Source: Candidatus Eiseniibacteriota bacterium
GTDB taxonomy: Bacteria; Eisenbacteria; RBG-16-71-46
Direction of reading: 5' to 3'
DNA: 64,000 nt
Assembly: GCA_963717505.1 (NCBI GenBank)
Contig: OY970342.1
Span: forward strand, 192,001-256,000
The number at the start of each line of letters is the position of its first letter. Position 1 is the first letter of the stretch. Of the stretch, positions 22,062 to 31,601 are shown piece by piece. A program made the translations under genes and the position numbers. The notes beneath the pieces were generated by a model, which saw nothing but the letters and a program-made list of their open reading frames with translations, did not search any database and was not told the origin of the DNA.

Positions 22062-22840
22062 ATGTACACGATCGATCTCTCCGGCCAACACGCGTTGATC
22101 ATGGGCGTGGCCAACCACCGCAGCCTGTCGTGGGCGATCGCCCAGTATCTGCACCAGGCTGGCGCCAAACTCGCGCTGACCTATCAGGGCGACCGGCTCA
22201 AGTCCATGGTCGAGGAGCTGGCCAAGCCGCTGGTCGACGTCCAGCTCATCGAATGCGACGTCACGCGCGACGACCAGATCGACGCGGTCGCCAAGCGCCT
22301 GGGCGAGACCTGGGGCTCGATCGAAATGCTGGTCCACGGCATCGCGTTCGCGCGCAAGGAGGATCTCGAAGGCGACTTTGCCGCGACGTCGCGCGAGGGC
22401 TTTCAGTTGGCACTCGAGATCAGCGCGTATCTCTCTGTCTGAACGTCACGAACCGATTGCTGCCGTTGCTCGAGAAGAACGGCGCGAGCATCGCGACCCT
22501 GTCCTACCTGGCCGCCGAGCGCGCGGTGCCGAGCTACAACGTGATGGGCAGCGCCAAGGCGGTGCTCGAGCAGATCGTGCGCCAGCTCGCGTTCGAATTC
22601 GGTCCCAAGAACATCCGGGTCAACGCGCTGTCGGCCGGGCCGGTGAGCACGCTGGCCTCGCGCGGCATCCAGGGTTTCGTCGGCATGCTCAAAGGCCACG
22701 CAGAGAAGGCGCCGCTCAAGCGCAACATCACCAAGGAAGAGGTCGGCAAGGCCGGACTGTTCCTGCTCACGGACTTGTCGAGCGGCATCACCGGCGAGAC
22801 GCTGTACGTCGACGCCGGGTATCACATCATGGGCTGGTAG
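22062..22840 (+). CDS. fabI: Enoyl-ACP reductase; frameshift ~22432
   Basis: GVANHRSLSWAIA, CDV, HGIAFA, EISAY, then YNVMGSAK, RVNALSAGP, GITGE..YVDAG in the other frame. Confidence 0.9.
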
Positions 22841-22954
22841 CCGCCCCAAAGCTCCGTTTTCCGCGCGGCCGCGCCCCCGGTGGGTCGCTCCAGCATCTGG
22901 CCATCTCCTGGCCACCGACGCCCCGCGAATCGAGTCCTCCCTCCACGAAAGCCC

Positions 22955-22984
22955 GTTCGCCCTCCACCCCCCGAACGTAGGAAG
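22955..22984 (+). promoter_or_regulatory. Putative ECF promoter GTTCG-N16-CGTAGG(AAG), copy 1
   Basis: The same bipartite motif and spacing occur at 31567-31596 (-) and 33042-33068 (+). Confidence 0.65.
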
Positions 22985-23056
22985 GGTCAGGCACCGTGGG
23001 TGCGGCTTCGGCCGAAGCCGGCCGCCGGTGTTTGGACCGAAAAGGAGGAGAAGGTC

Positions 23057-23260
23057 ATGAGGAAGCTCGTCGTCAAAGCCGTCGCCATCGCTCTGGCCCT
23101 GGCAGCGATTCTGCCGGGGATCAGCGCGGCCAAACTGGCGTCGAATCACAACCGCACCCTGCTCAGGGTGGTCGCCATCGCTCTGGCGCTGGCAGCCATT
23201 CTGCCGGGGATCAGTGCGGCCAAACTGGCGTCGAATCACAACCGGACGCTGCTCGGCTAG
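23057..23260 (+). CDS. 67-aa secreted peptide precursor with two identical units VAIALALAAILPGISAA-KLASNHNRTLL
   Basis: Strong SD AGGAGG, ATG 23057, basic N-terminus plus hydrophobic core. The repeat copies differ only at synonymous sites. Confidence 0.85.
   Translation: MRKLVVKAVAIALALAAILPGISAAKLASNHNRTLLRVVAIALALAAILPGISAAKLASNHNRTLLG
23081..23254 (+). repeat. Tandem 84-nt repeat with 90-nt period (23081-23164, 23171-23254)
   Basis: 79 of 84 nt identical; all 5 mismatches are third-codon synonymous. Confidence 0.95.
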
Positions 23261-23402
23261 TCGCGGGCAGGCCGGCCCGGCGCGGAGTCTTCTGCTCCGC
23301 GCTCGGGCCAGCGATTCCGTCGCGAGAGGCGCATCCGTGCGACGCCCGCTGCTCGACCTTCGCGCCCGATGGCTCGGCGCTACAGGGCCCGACCGCGCGC
23401 GG

Positions 23403-25649
23403 ATGGTGTCCCTACCCGCAGCCCTGAACGTAATCATTTGCCTCGTGTCGGCGGCGGTCGCCAGCGCCGACGACCCGGTCTCGCTCCCCCCACTGACCAT
23501 CGCTCGCGCCTCGGGGCCGATCGCCCTGGACGGAGCCCTCGACGATGCCGGCTGGCAGGGCGCAACCCCCATCACCACTTGGTTCGAGACCAACGTCGGC
23601 GACAATGTCGAGCCCCAGGTGCGCAACGTCGCGTTCTTGGCGTACGACTCCCGTTACCTCTATGCGGCGTTCCGGTTCGAGGACCCACGACCCGACGCGA
23701 TTCGCGCACCACTCGGCGATCACGACGCCATGCCGCCCTCGACCGACTACGCCGGCGTGATCGTCAACAGCCTGAACGACGGCAAGACCGCGCAGATGTT
23801 CATGGCCAATCCGCGCGGCGCCCAATACGACGCGCTGAACAGCGATGCCTCGGGCGAGGACAGCGCTCCCGACTTTCTGTGGGACGCGGCGGGCCGCATC
23901 ACCTCGACCGGCTGGTCGTTGGAGATGAGGATCCCGTACGCGTCGTTGCGCTACGCGAACCAGGCGGAACCGACGTGGCAGATCATGCTCCACCGCAACT
24001 ATCCGCGGGATCGGCGCTATCAGTTCTTCACCGCGCGAATCCCACGCGACGCCAACTGCTTCGTGTGCAGCTCGACCCCGTTGGTCGGCCTCGCCGACTT
24101 GCCTCGCGGATCGCACCTGGTGGTGGCACCGTACGTGACCGCGCAAGGAGCCCAAGTTCCCCAGGGCGACCCAGGCAGTCCACTCGAGACCCGGGCCACC
24201 GAGACCGACGGTGGTCTGGACCTCAAGTGGAGCCCGTCGACCAGCGGTGCCATTGATCTCACGATCAACCCCGACTTCTCCCAGGTCGAGTCCGATGCCG
24301 CACAGATCACGGCCAACGAGCGCTCGGCGCTGTTCTTCCCCGAGAAGCGTCCGTTCTTCCTCGAAGGCGTCGACCTGCTGTCCACGCCACTGCCGGTGGT
24401 CTACACGCGCTCGATCACGTCACCGCGCGCCGGCCTTCGCGCCACCGGGAAACGCGGCGGCACGGCGTTCACCGCGCTGGTCACCCACGATCGCGGCGGT
24501 GGGCTCGTGATCCTGCCCGGGCCGCAGGGCTCGGGGTTCGCACTTCAAGACTTCCCCTCCGACGTCGGCATCCTGCGGGTTCGTCACGACCTCGGGAGCT
24601 CGTTCGTGAGCCTGCTCGCCACCGGGCGCATGCTCGACCAGGGCGGCAGTAATCTGGTGGTCGGCCCGGACGCCCAGTGGCGACCGAGTGATTCCGACGC
24701 GCTCACAGCCCAGGCGTTGTGGAGCCAGAGCCAGACGCCGAACCTGCCCGAGCTGGCCGCCGAATGGGACGGCCGCGTCTTGAACGACCATGCGCTCTTT
24801 CTCGATTGGTCGCATACCACCGAACGGGTCGACTGGGTACTCGAGACCCTCGACATTGGCTCCGATTTTCGCGCCGACAACGGCTTCATGCCGCAGGTCG
24901 GATATCGCGAGGCGTATCTCGACGCCGGCTACACGCTGCGCCCCGATCAGGCGTTCGCCTCGCGGATTCGCTTCTTCACCGAGGACTACTACGACGTCGA
25001 GCCCGACGGGCGCCCGCTCAACCAGCATCTGTCTCTGGGGTCCGAGATGGACGGTCTGTGGAACAGCCTCACGCGCTTCGAGGTCAATCTCGAGAACGTC
25101 CGCGTCGGCGAGGCCTGGCTCCAGCGCTTCCGCCCGCGCGTGTTATTCCAGGCCAGCCCGGGTCGGATCCTGAACCAGTTCACGCTCGATACACGCTTCG
25201 GCCAGGAGATCGACTTCGACAACGCACGCGAAGGCGACGGAATCAACGTCGTGGCCAGCGTAACCGTGCGTCCGAACGCGCACCTCGAGGTCCAGGGCAA
25301 CAGCGATCTCAGGACCTTGAACGCCGCGTTGCCGGGCGGCCCCCGCATGCGGGTGTTCACGGCGGGGGTCGGACGCGTTCGTGCAACCTGGTCGTTCACC
25401 GCGCGTGCGTTCGTGCGAGTGGTCGGCCAGTACGTCGAGACCCGCCGCGACCCGACGATGTACACCTTCGAGGTCCCGTCTCGCGAGGCGGAACTCACCG
25501 GCTCGGCACTCGCCGCCTACAAGGTCAACTGGCAGACTGTGTTCTACCTCGGCTACGGGGACGCGACGACCTGGGCCGTGTCGCGGGCCGATTGGGCGCC
25601 CGGAGCCCGGGAAGTGTTCGCCAAGGTGTCGTACGCGTGGCAGGAGTAG
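23403..25649 (+). CDS. CBM9-like/DUF5916 outer-membrane protein
   Basis: IALDGALDDAGW, AYD..YLY, EMRIP, TINPDFSQVESD, FFPEKRPFFLEG, C-terminal FAKVSYAW beta-strand. Confidence 0.85.
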   Translation: MVSLPAALNVIICLVSAAVASADDPVSLPPLTIARASGPIALDGALDDAGWQGATPITTWFETNVGDNVEPQVRNVAFLAYDSRYLYAAFRFEDPRPDAIRAPLGDHDAMPPSTDYAGVIVNSLNDGKTAQMFMANPRGAQYDALNSDASGEDSAPDFLWDAAGRITSTGWSLEMRIPYASLRYANQAEPTWQIMLHRNYPRDRRYQFFTARIPRDANCFVCSSTPLVGLADLPRGSHLVVAPYVTAQGAQVPQGDPGSPLETRATETDGGLDLKWSPSTSGAIDLTINPDFSQVESDAAQITANERSALFFPEKRPFFLEGVDLLSTPLPVVYTRSITSPRAGLRATGKRGGTAFTALVTHDRGGGLVILPGPQGSGFALQDFPSDVGILRVRHDLGSSFVSLLATGRMLDQGGSNLVVGPDAQWRPSDSDALTAQALWSQSQTPNLPELAAEWDGRVLNDHALFLDWSHTTERVDWVLETLDIGSDFRADNGFMPQVGYREAYLDAGYTLRPDQAFASRIRFFTEDYYDVEPDGRPLNQHLSLGSEMDGLWNSLTRFEVNLENVRVGEAWLQRFRPRVLFQASPGRILNQFTLDTRFGQEIDFDNAREGDGINVVASVTVRPNAHLEVQGNSDLRTLNAALPGGPRMRVFTAGVGRVRATWSFTARAFVRVVGQYVETRRDPTMYTFEVPSREAELTGSALAAYKVNWQTVFYLGYGDATTWAVSRADWAPGAREVFAKVSYAWQE

Positions 25650-25744
25650 TATTGATCCCGAAGCGCTGATAGACCAAGGCGTTGGGGGTGAAGTCTCGTG
25701 TTCGCCGCGTCACGTGCCCGACCCGCCCGCCGCCGAGGCTCCCC

Positions 25745-28700
25745 ATGAGCCTCGGCGCTCGTGCTTGCCTGATTGGGCTGATCGTTCAGGCATTCGCCAT
25801 CTCGTCCACTCCCCGGGCGCAGACTCCGCCACCGGTCACCCCGCGATTCTCCCCGGTTCTTCTGGTGCCTCGGCCGGCGCGCAGCACCGGAGCGGAATGG
25901 GATTCGCTCGAGCGCTTCGAGCGCACCGGACGTTGGGCCGCCTCGGAGAGTTTGGCCACCACATTGATCCACGCGTCGGAGGCTGCCGGAGCACGAAAGG
26001 ATTCCCTCGACTACTCGCGCGCGCTCTTCTACTTCGGCAACTCAAGGCTCATGCGCCGGCTTTACGCCGACGGCCGCGGATTCGAGTCCCTCGAGCGGGG
26101 CATCGGCATTCGCGAGCGCCGGGCCGGAGCCAACGACACGCTGTGCACCTGGGCTCACGTGAAGGCGGCGACGCTCTATCCGGAGGCAGGAGACCCTGAT
26201 CTCGGTCTCGCGCACGGAGAAGTCGGCTTGCGAAGGCTGCTGGCTCGAACCCCAACCGACACCTCCATGCTGGCGCAGGCGCACCTCGCGGTGGCGGCTG
26301 CCCTGATCGCACTCGGTCGCGACGCCGAAGCCGGCCCGCATTTCGAAGATGCCCTCCACTTTCGCGAGCGTGCCGATGCGGGCGAGGGGCGGCTCATGGT
26401 GCCGATGCTCGCCGAGTACGGAGGCTACTTGTCGCGAGCCGGAGAGCTCGATCGTGCGCGAGCCATGCTGCAGCGCGCCGTGCGCATCGCCGAGCACGAT
26501 CCCAACCCCGGATCCGATTTCTACGCCCAGTCCTTGGGCCGGCTGTCCTCGTTCGAAAATCGGGTCGGCAACGTCGCCGAGTCGATCGAGCTCGCGTGGC
26601 GTGCCTACGACGCCTCGCGTCGCCTGGGGGAAATCACGGTGCCCGCGCTGCGGGCGCGCACGGTGCTCGCCTATCGATTGCAGGATTTCGGCGACCCGCA
26701 AGGCTCGGTTGCACTGCTGCGCGAGATTATTCCGGGCCTCGAGACTACGGTCGGGGCGAACAACGCCCAGACGCTCAATGCCCGACTTGCGCTGGTCTGG
26801 GCCCTCATCGAGATCGGCGACACGGCGACGGCCGAGCGTGAGCTCGCGGCGGCGCGGCCGGCGTTGGCCACTCAGAATCCCAGGACCAGCAACAATCCGG
26901 TGTATGCGATGCAGCTCTCGGGCGACCTCGCGGGCCTGCGCGGCTTCCACATTGCCGCCCGCGAGACGCTGGCAGGCGCGGTGGCTCTCGAGCGAGTCCG
27001 GCACGACCCCTTCGGAGCCCGCGAGGCCGTCCTGCTGGCCCACCTGATGGACAACCTGCTCGAGCCCGCGGATCGCGACCGCGTCCTCGAGGTCGGGCGG
27101 CAGATCGACCGCCTACGCGACAGCACGCACGTTCGCGCCACCCCCGAGTGGCACACGCTACTCCTGGCTCGCGGGTCGGCGGAAGGGCGAGTGGGCCTGC
27201 AAACGGCGGCATGGGAACACGCGCTCGAGGCGGAGCGACTGTCCCGGGAACTCCTCACCTATCAGTTGGAGGCGTTGCCGGACGTGCGCGGGCTCCAGCT
27301 GGCGCGCGCGCTCGGCGGGCCGTGCGAGCTGCTGGCCGCGCTCGTCAATCCTGACTCGGCGGGCCGCGTGGCGACCGCCTGGGACCGCATCGTGCGCTGG
27401 CGCGGCGTCGTCGGCCACGAGATCGCCCGTCGCCGGGCTCCGGTCGCCGCCGCGAGCGACAGTGCCCTGGCTGCCGCCCATGCGCGATGGGTGTCCGCGC
27501 AGCGCCAGCTCGCCCAGCTCGTGGTCAGCGGGGCCGCGCACCCGGACGACCCGGAGAGCGCCGAACGCTTCTCTGCGGCGTTCCAGCGCGCCGAAGATGC
27601 CGAGCGTGCGTTCCTTCGCTCGGCGCGTGGCTCGGTCCCGGCGGATTCGGTGGCGGGGCTCGATCTTGTCCTCGACCAGCTCGATCCGCACCAGGCTCTG
27701 ATCGCGTTCACGGTGGCCGACCGCGGGGCGGGTCCCCCCAACCTCGGGGCGTTCATCGCCGACGGTGGCGAGCGACAGCCGCGCTGGATCACGCTCGGTC
27801 CGCTCCCGGAGATCGAGCACGACATTCGATCGTGGGTTCGGCTGCTGGCAGCGCCCCCCACGGCCGACCGCGATGGCGAACGCGCGTGTCGAGAGCTGGG
27901 ACAGAAGGTGCGCTCGCGGGTGTGGGATCCCGTCCGGCGCGCGGCGGGGAACGCCCGCGAGCTGATCCTGGTGGCGGAAGGCGTGGTGACCGAGCTTCCG
28001 TGGCTCGCACTCCCTGAGCCCCATGGGAAGTACCTTGCCGACACACCGCTGATCGTGCGTCTCGTGGATGCAGAACGCGACCTGCTGCCGGATCGATCGT
28101 CGACCGCCGAGGGTCGTGGTCTGCTCGCGGTCGGTGGCCCGAATTTCGGAACGCCGGAAGCCGCGGGCTCGGTGGCGCTGGCATCCGCAGGATCTGAACA
28201 CCGGATTCCGCCACGTTCACCGTGCGTGCCCCGGGCCTTGTCCCTGTCCGAGCTGCCGTCGGCACGGCGCGAGGCTGAGGGCATCGCTCGCTCGTGGCCG
28301 ACTCCCGATGGACCGTCGGATCTGCTGGTGGGCGCCGAGGCCAGCGAGTTCGCACTCAAGACCCACTCTCCGGGCAAGGCCGTGATCCACGTGGCGACGC
28401 ACGGCGTCATGCTCGACGATACCTGCCGCGCCGCCGGGCTTCCGGGCACGCGGGGACTGGGTGGCGTCGAGCCGCTCGACTCTCCCACCGCGAAGCCCGC
28501 ATCCCCCAAGCTCAAGAACGTGGCGCCGCCGACACGACCCGCGCTCCCCGACCCTTGGCTGGCCCGACGCGTCTGGCTCGCGCTCGCCGGCGCCAATCGC
28601 CCCGTACCCGACAGAGCCGACGAGAACGAGGGCCTGTTGACCGCCGAAGAAGTGGTCACGCTCGATCTGCGGGGCACGCAATGGGTCGTGCTCTCCGCCT

Positions 28701-28981
28701 GCTACTCGGGCGCCGCGCAGAGCTGGGCGCGCGAAGGGGTCCTGGGCATGAACCGGGCGTTTCATCTCGCAGGCGCCCGCGCGGTCATCGCCAGCCGATG
28801 GGCGGTCGGCGACGAGTCGGCAACCGAGTGGATGACCGCGCTCTATGAATCCCGCGCGCGGCACACGAGCGCCGGTGCGGCAGTGGGCGAAGCCTGCCGC
28901 ACTGTGCTCGCCAGGCGCCGCGCGCAGGGCCGCACCACGCATCCCTTCTATTGGGCGGCGTTCAGCGCCACCGGCGACTAG
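25745..28981 (+). CDS. Exported TPR-CHAT (caspase/separase-like) protease
   Basis: Signal-like N-terminus, TPR-like repeats, LPWLAL, catalytic HVATHG and VVLSAC, ASRWAVGD, HPFYWAAF. Confidence 0.9.
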   Translation: MSLGARACLIGLIVQAFAISSTPRAQTPPPVTPRFSPVLLVPRPARSTGAEWDSLERFERTGRWAASESLATTLIHASEAAGARKDSLDYSRALFYFGNSRLMRRLYADGRGFESLERGIGIRERRAGANDTLCTWAHVKAATLYPEAGDPDLGLAHGEVGLRRLLARTPTDTSMLAQAHLAVAAALIALGRDAEAGPHFEDALHFRERADAGEGRLMVPMLAEYGGYLSRAGELDRARAMLQRAVRIAEHDPNPGSDFYAQSLGRLSSFENRVGNVAESIELAWRAYDASRRLGEITVPALRARTVLAYRLQDFGDPQGSVALLREIIPGLETTVGANNAQTLNARLALVWALIEIGDTATAERELAAARPALATQNPRTSNNPVYAMQLSGDLAGLRGFHIAARETLAGAVALERVRHDPFGAREAVLLAHLMDNLLEPADRDRVLEVGRQIDRLRDSTHVRATPEWHTLLLARGSAEGRVGLQTAAWEHALEAERLSRELLTYQLEALPDVRGLQLARALGGPCELLAALVNPDSAGRVATAWDRIVRWRGVVGHEIARRRAPVAAASDSALAAAHARWVSAQRQLAQLVVSGAAHPDDPESAERFSAAFQRAEDAERAFLRSARGSVPADSVAGLDLVLDQLDPHQALIAFTVADRGAGPPNLGAFIADGGERQPRWITLGPLPEIEHDIRSWVRLLAAPPTADRDGERACRELGQKVRSRVWDPVRRAAGNARELILVAEGVVTELPWLALPEPHGKYLADTPLIVRLVDAERDLLPDRSSTAEGRGLLAVGGPNFGTPEAAGSVALASAGSEHRIPPRSPCVPRALSLSELPSARREAEGIARSWPTPDGPSDLLVGAEASEFALKTHSPGKAVIHVATHGVMLDDTCRAAGLPGTRGLGGVEPLDSPTAKPASPKLKNVAPPTRPALPDPWLARRVWLALAGANRPVPDRADENEGLLTAEEVVTLDLRGTQWVVLSACYSGAAQSWAREGVLGMNRAFHLAGARAVIASRWAVGDESATEWMTALYESRARHTSAGAAVGEACRTVLARRRAQGRTTHPFYWAAFSATGD

Positions 28982-28982
28982 G

Positions 28983-31499
28983 TCATCGCACCTTCACGAT
29001 TCGCGCGCTGGCGTCCGAGTTCGCAGTGCGGACCCGCGCAAAGTACACGCCTGGGGACGCCTCCCGACCGTTCTCCTCACGGCCGTTCCACGACAGAACG
29101 TGTTCCCCCGCGGTAAGACCTCGGCGGCAAAGGACCCGAACCCGCCGACCCGACAGGTCGCACAGTTCCACGGTCGCCTCATCCGCGACCGGCATGGAGA
29201 TCACGAGCTGGGTGGCGTCGTGCATCGGATTCGGGCGCGCGGAGAGTTGGATCATCGACGACGACAGCCCCGGTGATTCGTCGACACCGACCAGGGGCGC
29301 CTCGAAGCCGGCGATTCTGCCCTGGCGACGTTGCGACATGAAGTCGAACTCACCGCCAACATAGATGGCGCTGCCGACCCGCGCGATGACCCACACCGCG
29401 TCACTGGCGTCGGGATTCCAGTCCTCGAGAGTGCCGTCGGCCGCCTGAATGGTCGCCATCCGATGGCGCGTCTGACTCGCGATCGTTGAGAAGCCGCCAC
29501 CCACGAGAACGCTACCCCCGTCGACCTCCAGCGCCTGGATCCAGCCGTCCACCTCCCCGGCATTCCAGGCAGGTTTCGCCAGTCCGTTCGCGACTTCGAG
29601 GGCAGCGACCCGGTCGCGATTGAGCCCGCCGATGTTCGAGAAGTAGCCACCGACATACATCGTCCCACCATCGATCTCGAGGGCGCGCACAAAGTTGTTG
29701 GCGTTCGGGCTCCATCCGGTGAGGGCGTCGCCGGCGGAGGCGTCGAGCGCCGCAATGTAGTTGCGATTGCGGCTGCCGATGTTGGTGAAGTCGCCACCGG
29801 CGTAGACGATGCCGCCGCTGGCCGCCAGTGCATGAATCGGTGCATTGGCACTGGGATCCCAGGGCCTGACGTCGCCGGTCGTGGCGTCGATCGCCGCCGC
29901 ATTGGAGCGCGGGAAACCGTTGACCTGGGTGAACTGTCCGCCCGCGTAGACGGTGCCGCCGCTGATCGCGAGTGCGTAGGCTGGGCCATCGGCCATCGGG
30001 GCCCAGTCCGTGGGCACTCCCGTGTTCGCATCGATGGCGGCCAGGTATCCACGAGGCTGACCGCCGACGGACGCGAACCATCCGCCCGCGTACACGGTGG
30101 AGCCTTCGAGGGCGAGCGACGTCACCCAGCCCCCAAAGATTCCGATCCCGCGCACGTCCGGGTTCCAGGGTTTGGGCGCACGGGTGGCGAGGTCGATGGC
30201 CAGCAGCGCGTTCCGTTTCAGACCGCCAACATGCATGAAGATCCCGCCCGCGAAGACCGTGGATCCGCTCAAAGCGCACGCGTGCACGGTTTCGAACGGC
30301 GCCGGATCCCAGGCTCGGGGCGCTCCGGTCGCCAGGTCGACAGCTCCGAGATGGCGTCGCACTTCCCCACCGATCGAGGTGAAGTATCCACCGAGATAGA
30401 GCGTGCTTCCATCTCGGGTCATGGCGTTGACCCGTGCGGCCGCGCTCAGATCAGGGTTCCAAGCCAGGAGGCCCCCCGAGCCATTGATCGCCGCAAGCCC
30501 GTTGCGCTGGATTGAGTTGAGGAACGAAAACGCCCCGCCGGCAATGAGCGTCGGTCCGTTGACGATCAACGAATACACCGGGCCGTCGGCGACCGGCCAC
30601 CACGTCGTGGGTGTGTTGGTGGCGCCGCTCGTCAAGTTGAACGAGGCAAGATGCCCCCGAGGCTGTCCGCCGATGTTGTCAAAACTACCGCCCACGTAGA
30701 GCGTGGTGGAGGCCGAGGGAAACACCACGACTCTCACGGCCAGGGAGCTCACGTACTGATCCGGGTTCGGCTGCCATCCGGTCGGATCACCGGTGGCGGT
30801 GTCGATGGATCCAAGGTGAAGGCGGCTCTGGCCGCGAAGGGTCGTGAAATATCCGCCGACGTAGATCGTGCTGCCCAGCGGCAGAATGGCACGCACCGTC
30901 TGGTCGGCATTGGGATCCCATCCGGTCGCGAGCCCCAGCGTGGTGTCGAGCGCCGCGATTCGGTTTCGGTCCTCACCGCCGACGTGGGTGAATTCCCCAC
31001 CGACGTAGAGAACGCCCCCGCTCAAGGCCAGCGCGTGGACGGGCGCATTCGCGGCCGGATTCCAGGACGTGAGATTGCCGAGGGCATCGATGCGCGCCAG
31101 CCCATTGCGCACCTGGCCCGCCACCGAAGTGAAAGAACCCCCGACGTACCAACCGCCAGCGCCGTCCGCGGTGACGGCGCTCACGATGCCACCGAAGTAC
31201 TCACCGCTCGGCATGGCGCCTTCGATCATCGGATAGGGCATCAGCGGCTGCCCAGTGGTGACATCGATGCCACACCCGGCTCCCGTGTTCGGTGCGATGT
31301 GCGAGAACACGCCGCCGACGTAGAGCGTGCCCCCGGTCTCGACCATAGCCCTCACGGTCCCGTCCACGGACCACAGGTCGGTGATCGGGGTCTGCGAGGC
31401 AGCCACGGATGGAATACAGAGAAACATGAACAACGAGAGTGCGGTCCGAATTCCTCGATCCCGCGCGTCCGGAAGCCCGGCAAGCCGACAAGAGCGCAT
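28983..31499 (-). CDS. Secreted multi-repeat beta-propeller protein with C-terminal FlgD-Ig domain
   Basis: About 14 repeats of W.P...V.AL......YVGG.F..IGG..R..LAA.D, and RPNP..GRRVRVL..WNG..PGVYF. Confidence 0.85.
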   Translation of the reverse strand: MRSCRLAGLPDARDRGIRTALSLFMFLCIPSVAASQTPITDLWSVDGTVRAMVETGGTLYVGGVFSHIAPNTGAGCGIDVTTGQPLMPYPMIEGAMPSGEYFGGIVSAVTADGAGGWYVGGSFTSVAGQVRNGLARIDALGNLTSWNPAANAPVHALALSGGVLYVGGEFTHVGGEDRNRIAALDTTLGLATGWDPNADQTVRAILPLGSTIYVGGYFTTLRGQSRLHLGSIDTATGDPTGWQPNPDQYVSSLAVRVVVFPSASTTLYVGGSFDNIGGQPRGHLASFNLTSGATNTPTTWWPVADGPVYSLIVNGPTLIAGGAFSFLNSIQRNGLAAINGSGGLLAWNPDLSAAARVNAMTRDGSTLYLGGYFTSIGGEVRRHLGAVDLATGAPRAWDPAPFETVHACALSGSTVFAGGIFMHVGGLKRNALLAIDLATRAPKPWNPDVRGIGIFGGWVTSLALEGSTVYAGGWFASVGGQPRGYLAAIDANTGVPTDWAPMADGPAYALAISGGTVYAGGQFTQVNGFPRSNAAAIDATTGDVRPWDPSANAPIHALAASGGIVYAGGDFTNIGSRNRNYIAALDASAGDALTGWSPNANNFVRALEIDGGTMYVGGYFSNIGGLNRDRVAALEVANGLAKPAWNAGEVDGWIQALEVDGGSVLVGGGFSTIASQTRHRMATIQAADGTLEDWNPDASDAVWVIARVGSAIYVGGEFDFMSQRRQGRIAGFEAPLVGVDESPGLSSSMIQLSARPNPMHDATQLVISMPVADEATVELCDLSGRRVRVLCRRGLTAGEHVLSWNGREENGREASPGVYFARVRTANSDASARIVKVR

Positions 31500-31566
31500 G
31501 AGGTTCCCCCTCTGGGAAAACGCCCACCCGGATGGCGGGGCAGTTCTCCGCGCATCGGGCTCAATG

Positions 31567-31596
31567 CTTCCTACGTTTCGGGGGACCCGTCCGAAC
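31567..31596 (-). promoter_or_regulatory. Putative ECF promoter GTTCG-N16-CGTAGG(AAG), copy 2
   Basis: Minus strand GTTCG-gacgggtcccccgaaa-CGTAGGAAG in the gap upstream of ATG 31499. Confidence 0.65.
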
Positions 31597-31601
31597 ACAC
31601 T

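Noticed and set aside
22420-22445. Programmed frameshift or true pseudogene in fabI
   Set aside because: No slippery heptamer, and similar indels are scattered through many unrelated genes, so sequencing error is more parsimonious.
23003-23020. Perfect 18-bp palindrome CGGCTTCGGCCGAAGCCG in the peptide 5' UTR
   Set aside because: The palindrome is real, but it is single-copy and GC-rich; I cannot tell an operator from an mRNA hairpin or chance.
23081-23254. Tandem repeat as a CRISPR array or assembly duplication
   Set aside because: Only two 84-nt units with a 6-nt gap, in frame, differing only at synonymous sites; no cas genes in the window.
25745-28981. TPR-CHAT as a Craspase/Csx29-type or gasdermin-activating defence protease
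   Set aside because: No Cas7-11, gasdermin or other defence effector is visible in the window, and the protein appears to have a signal peptide.
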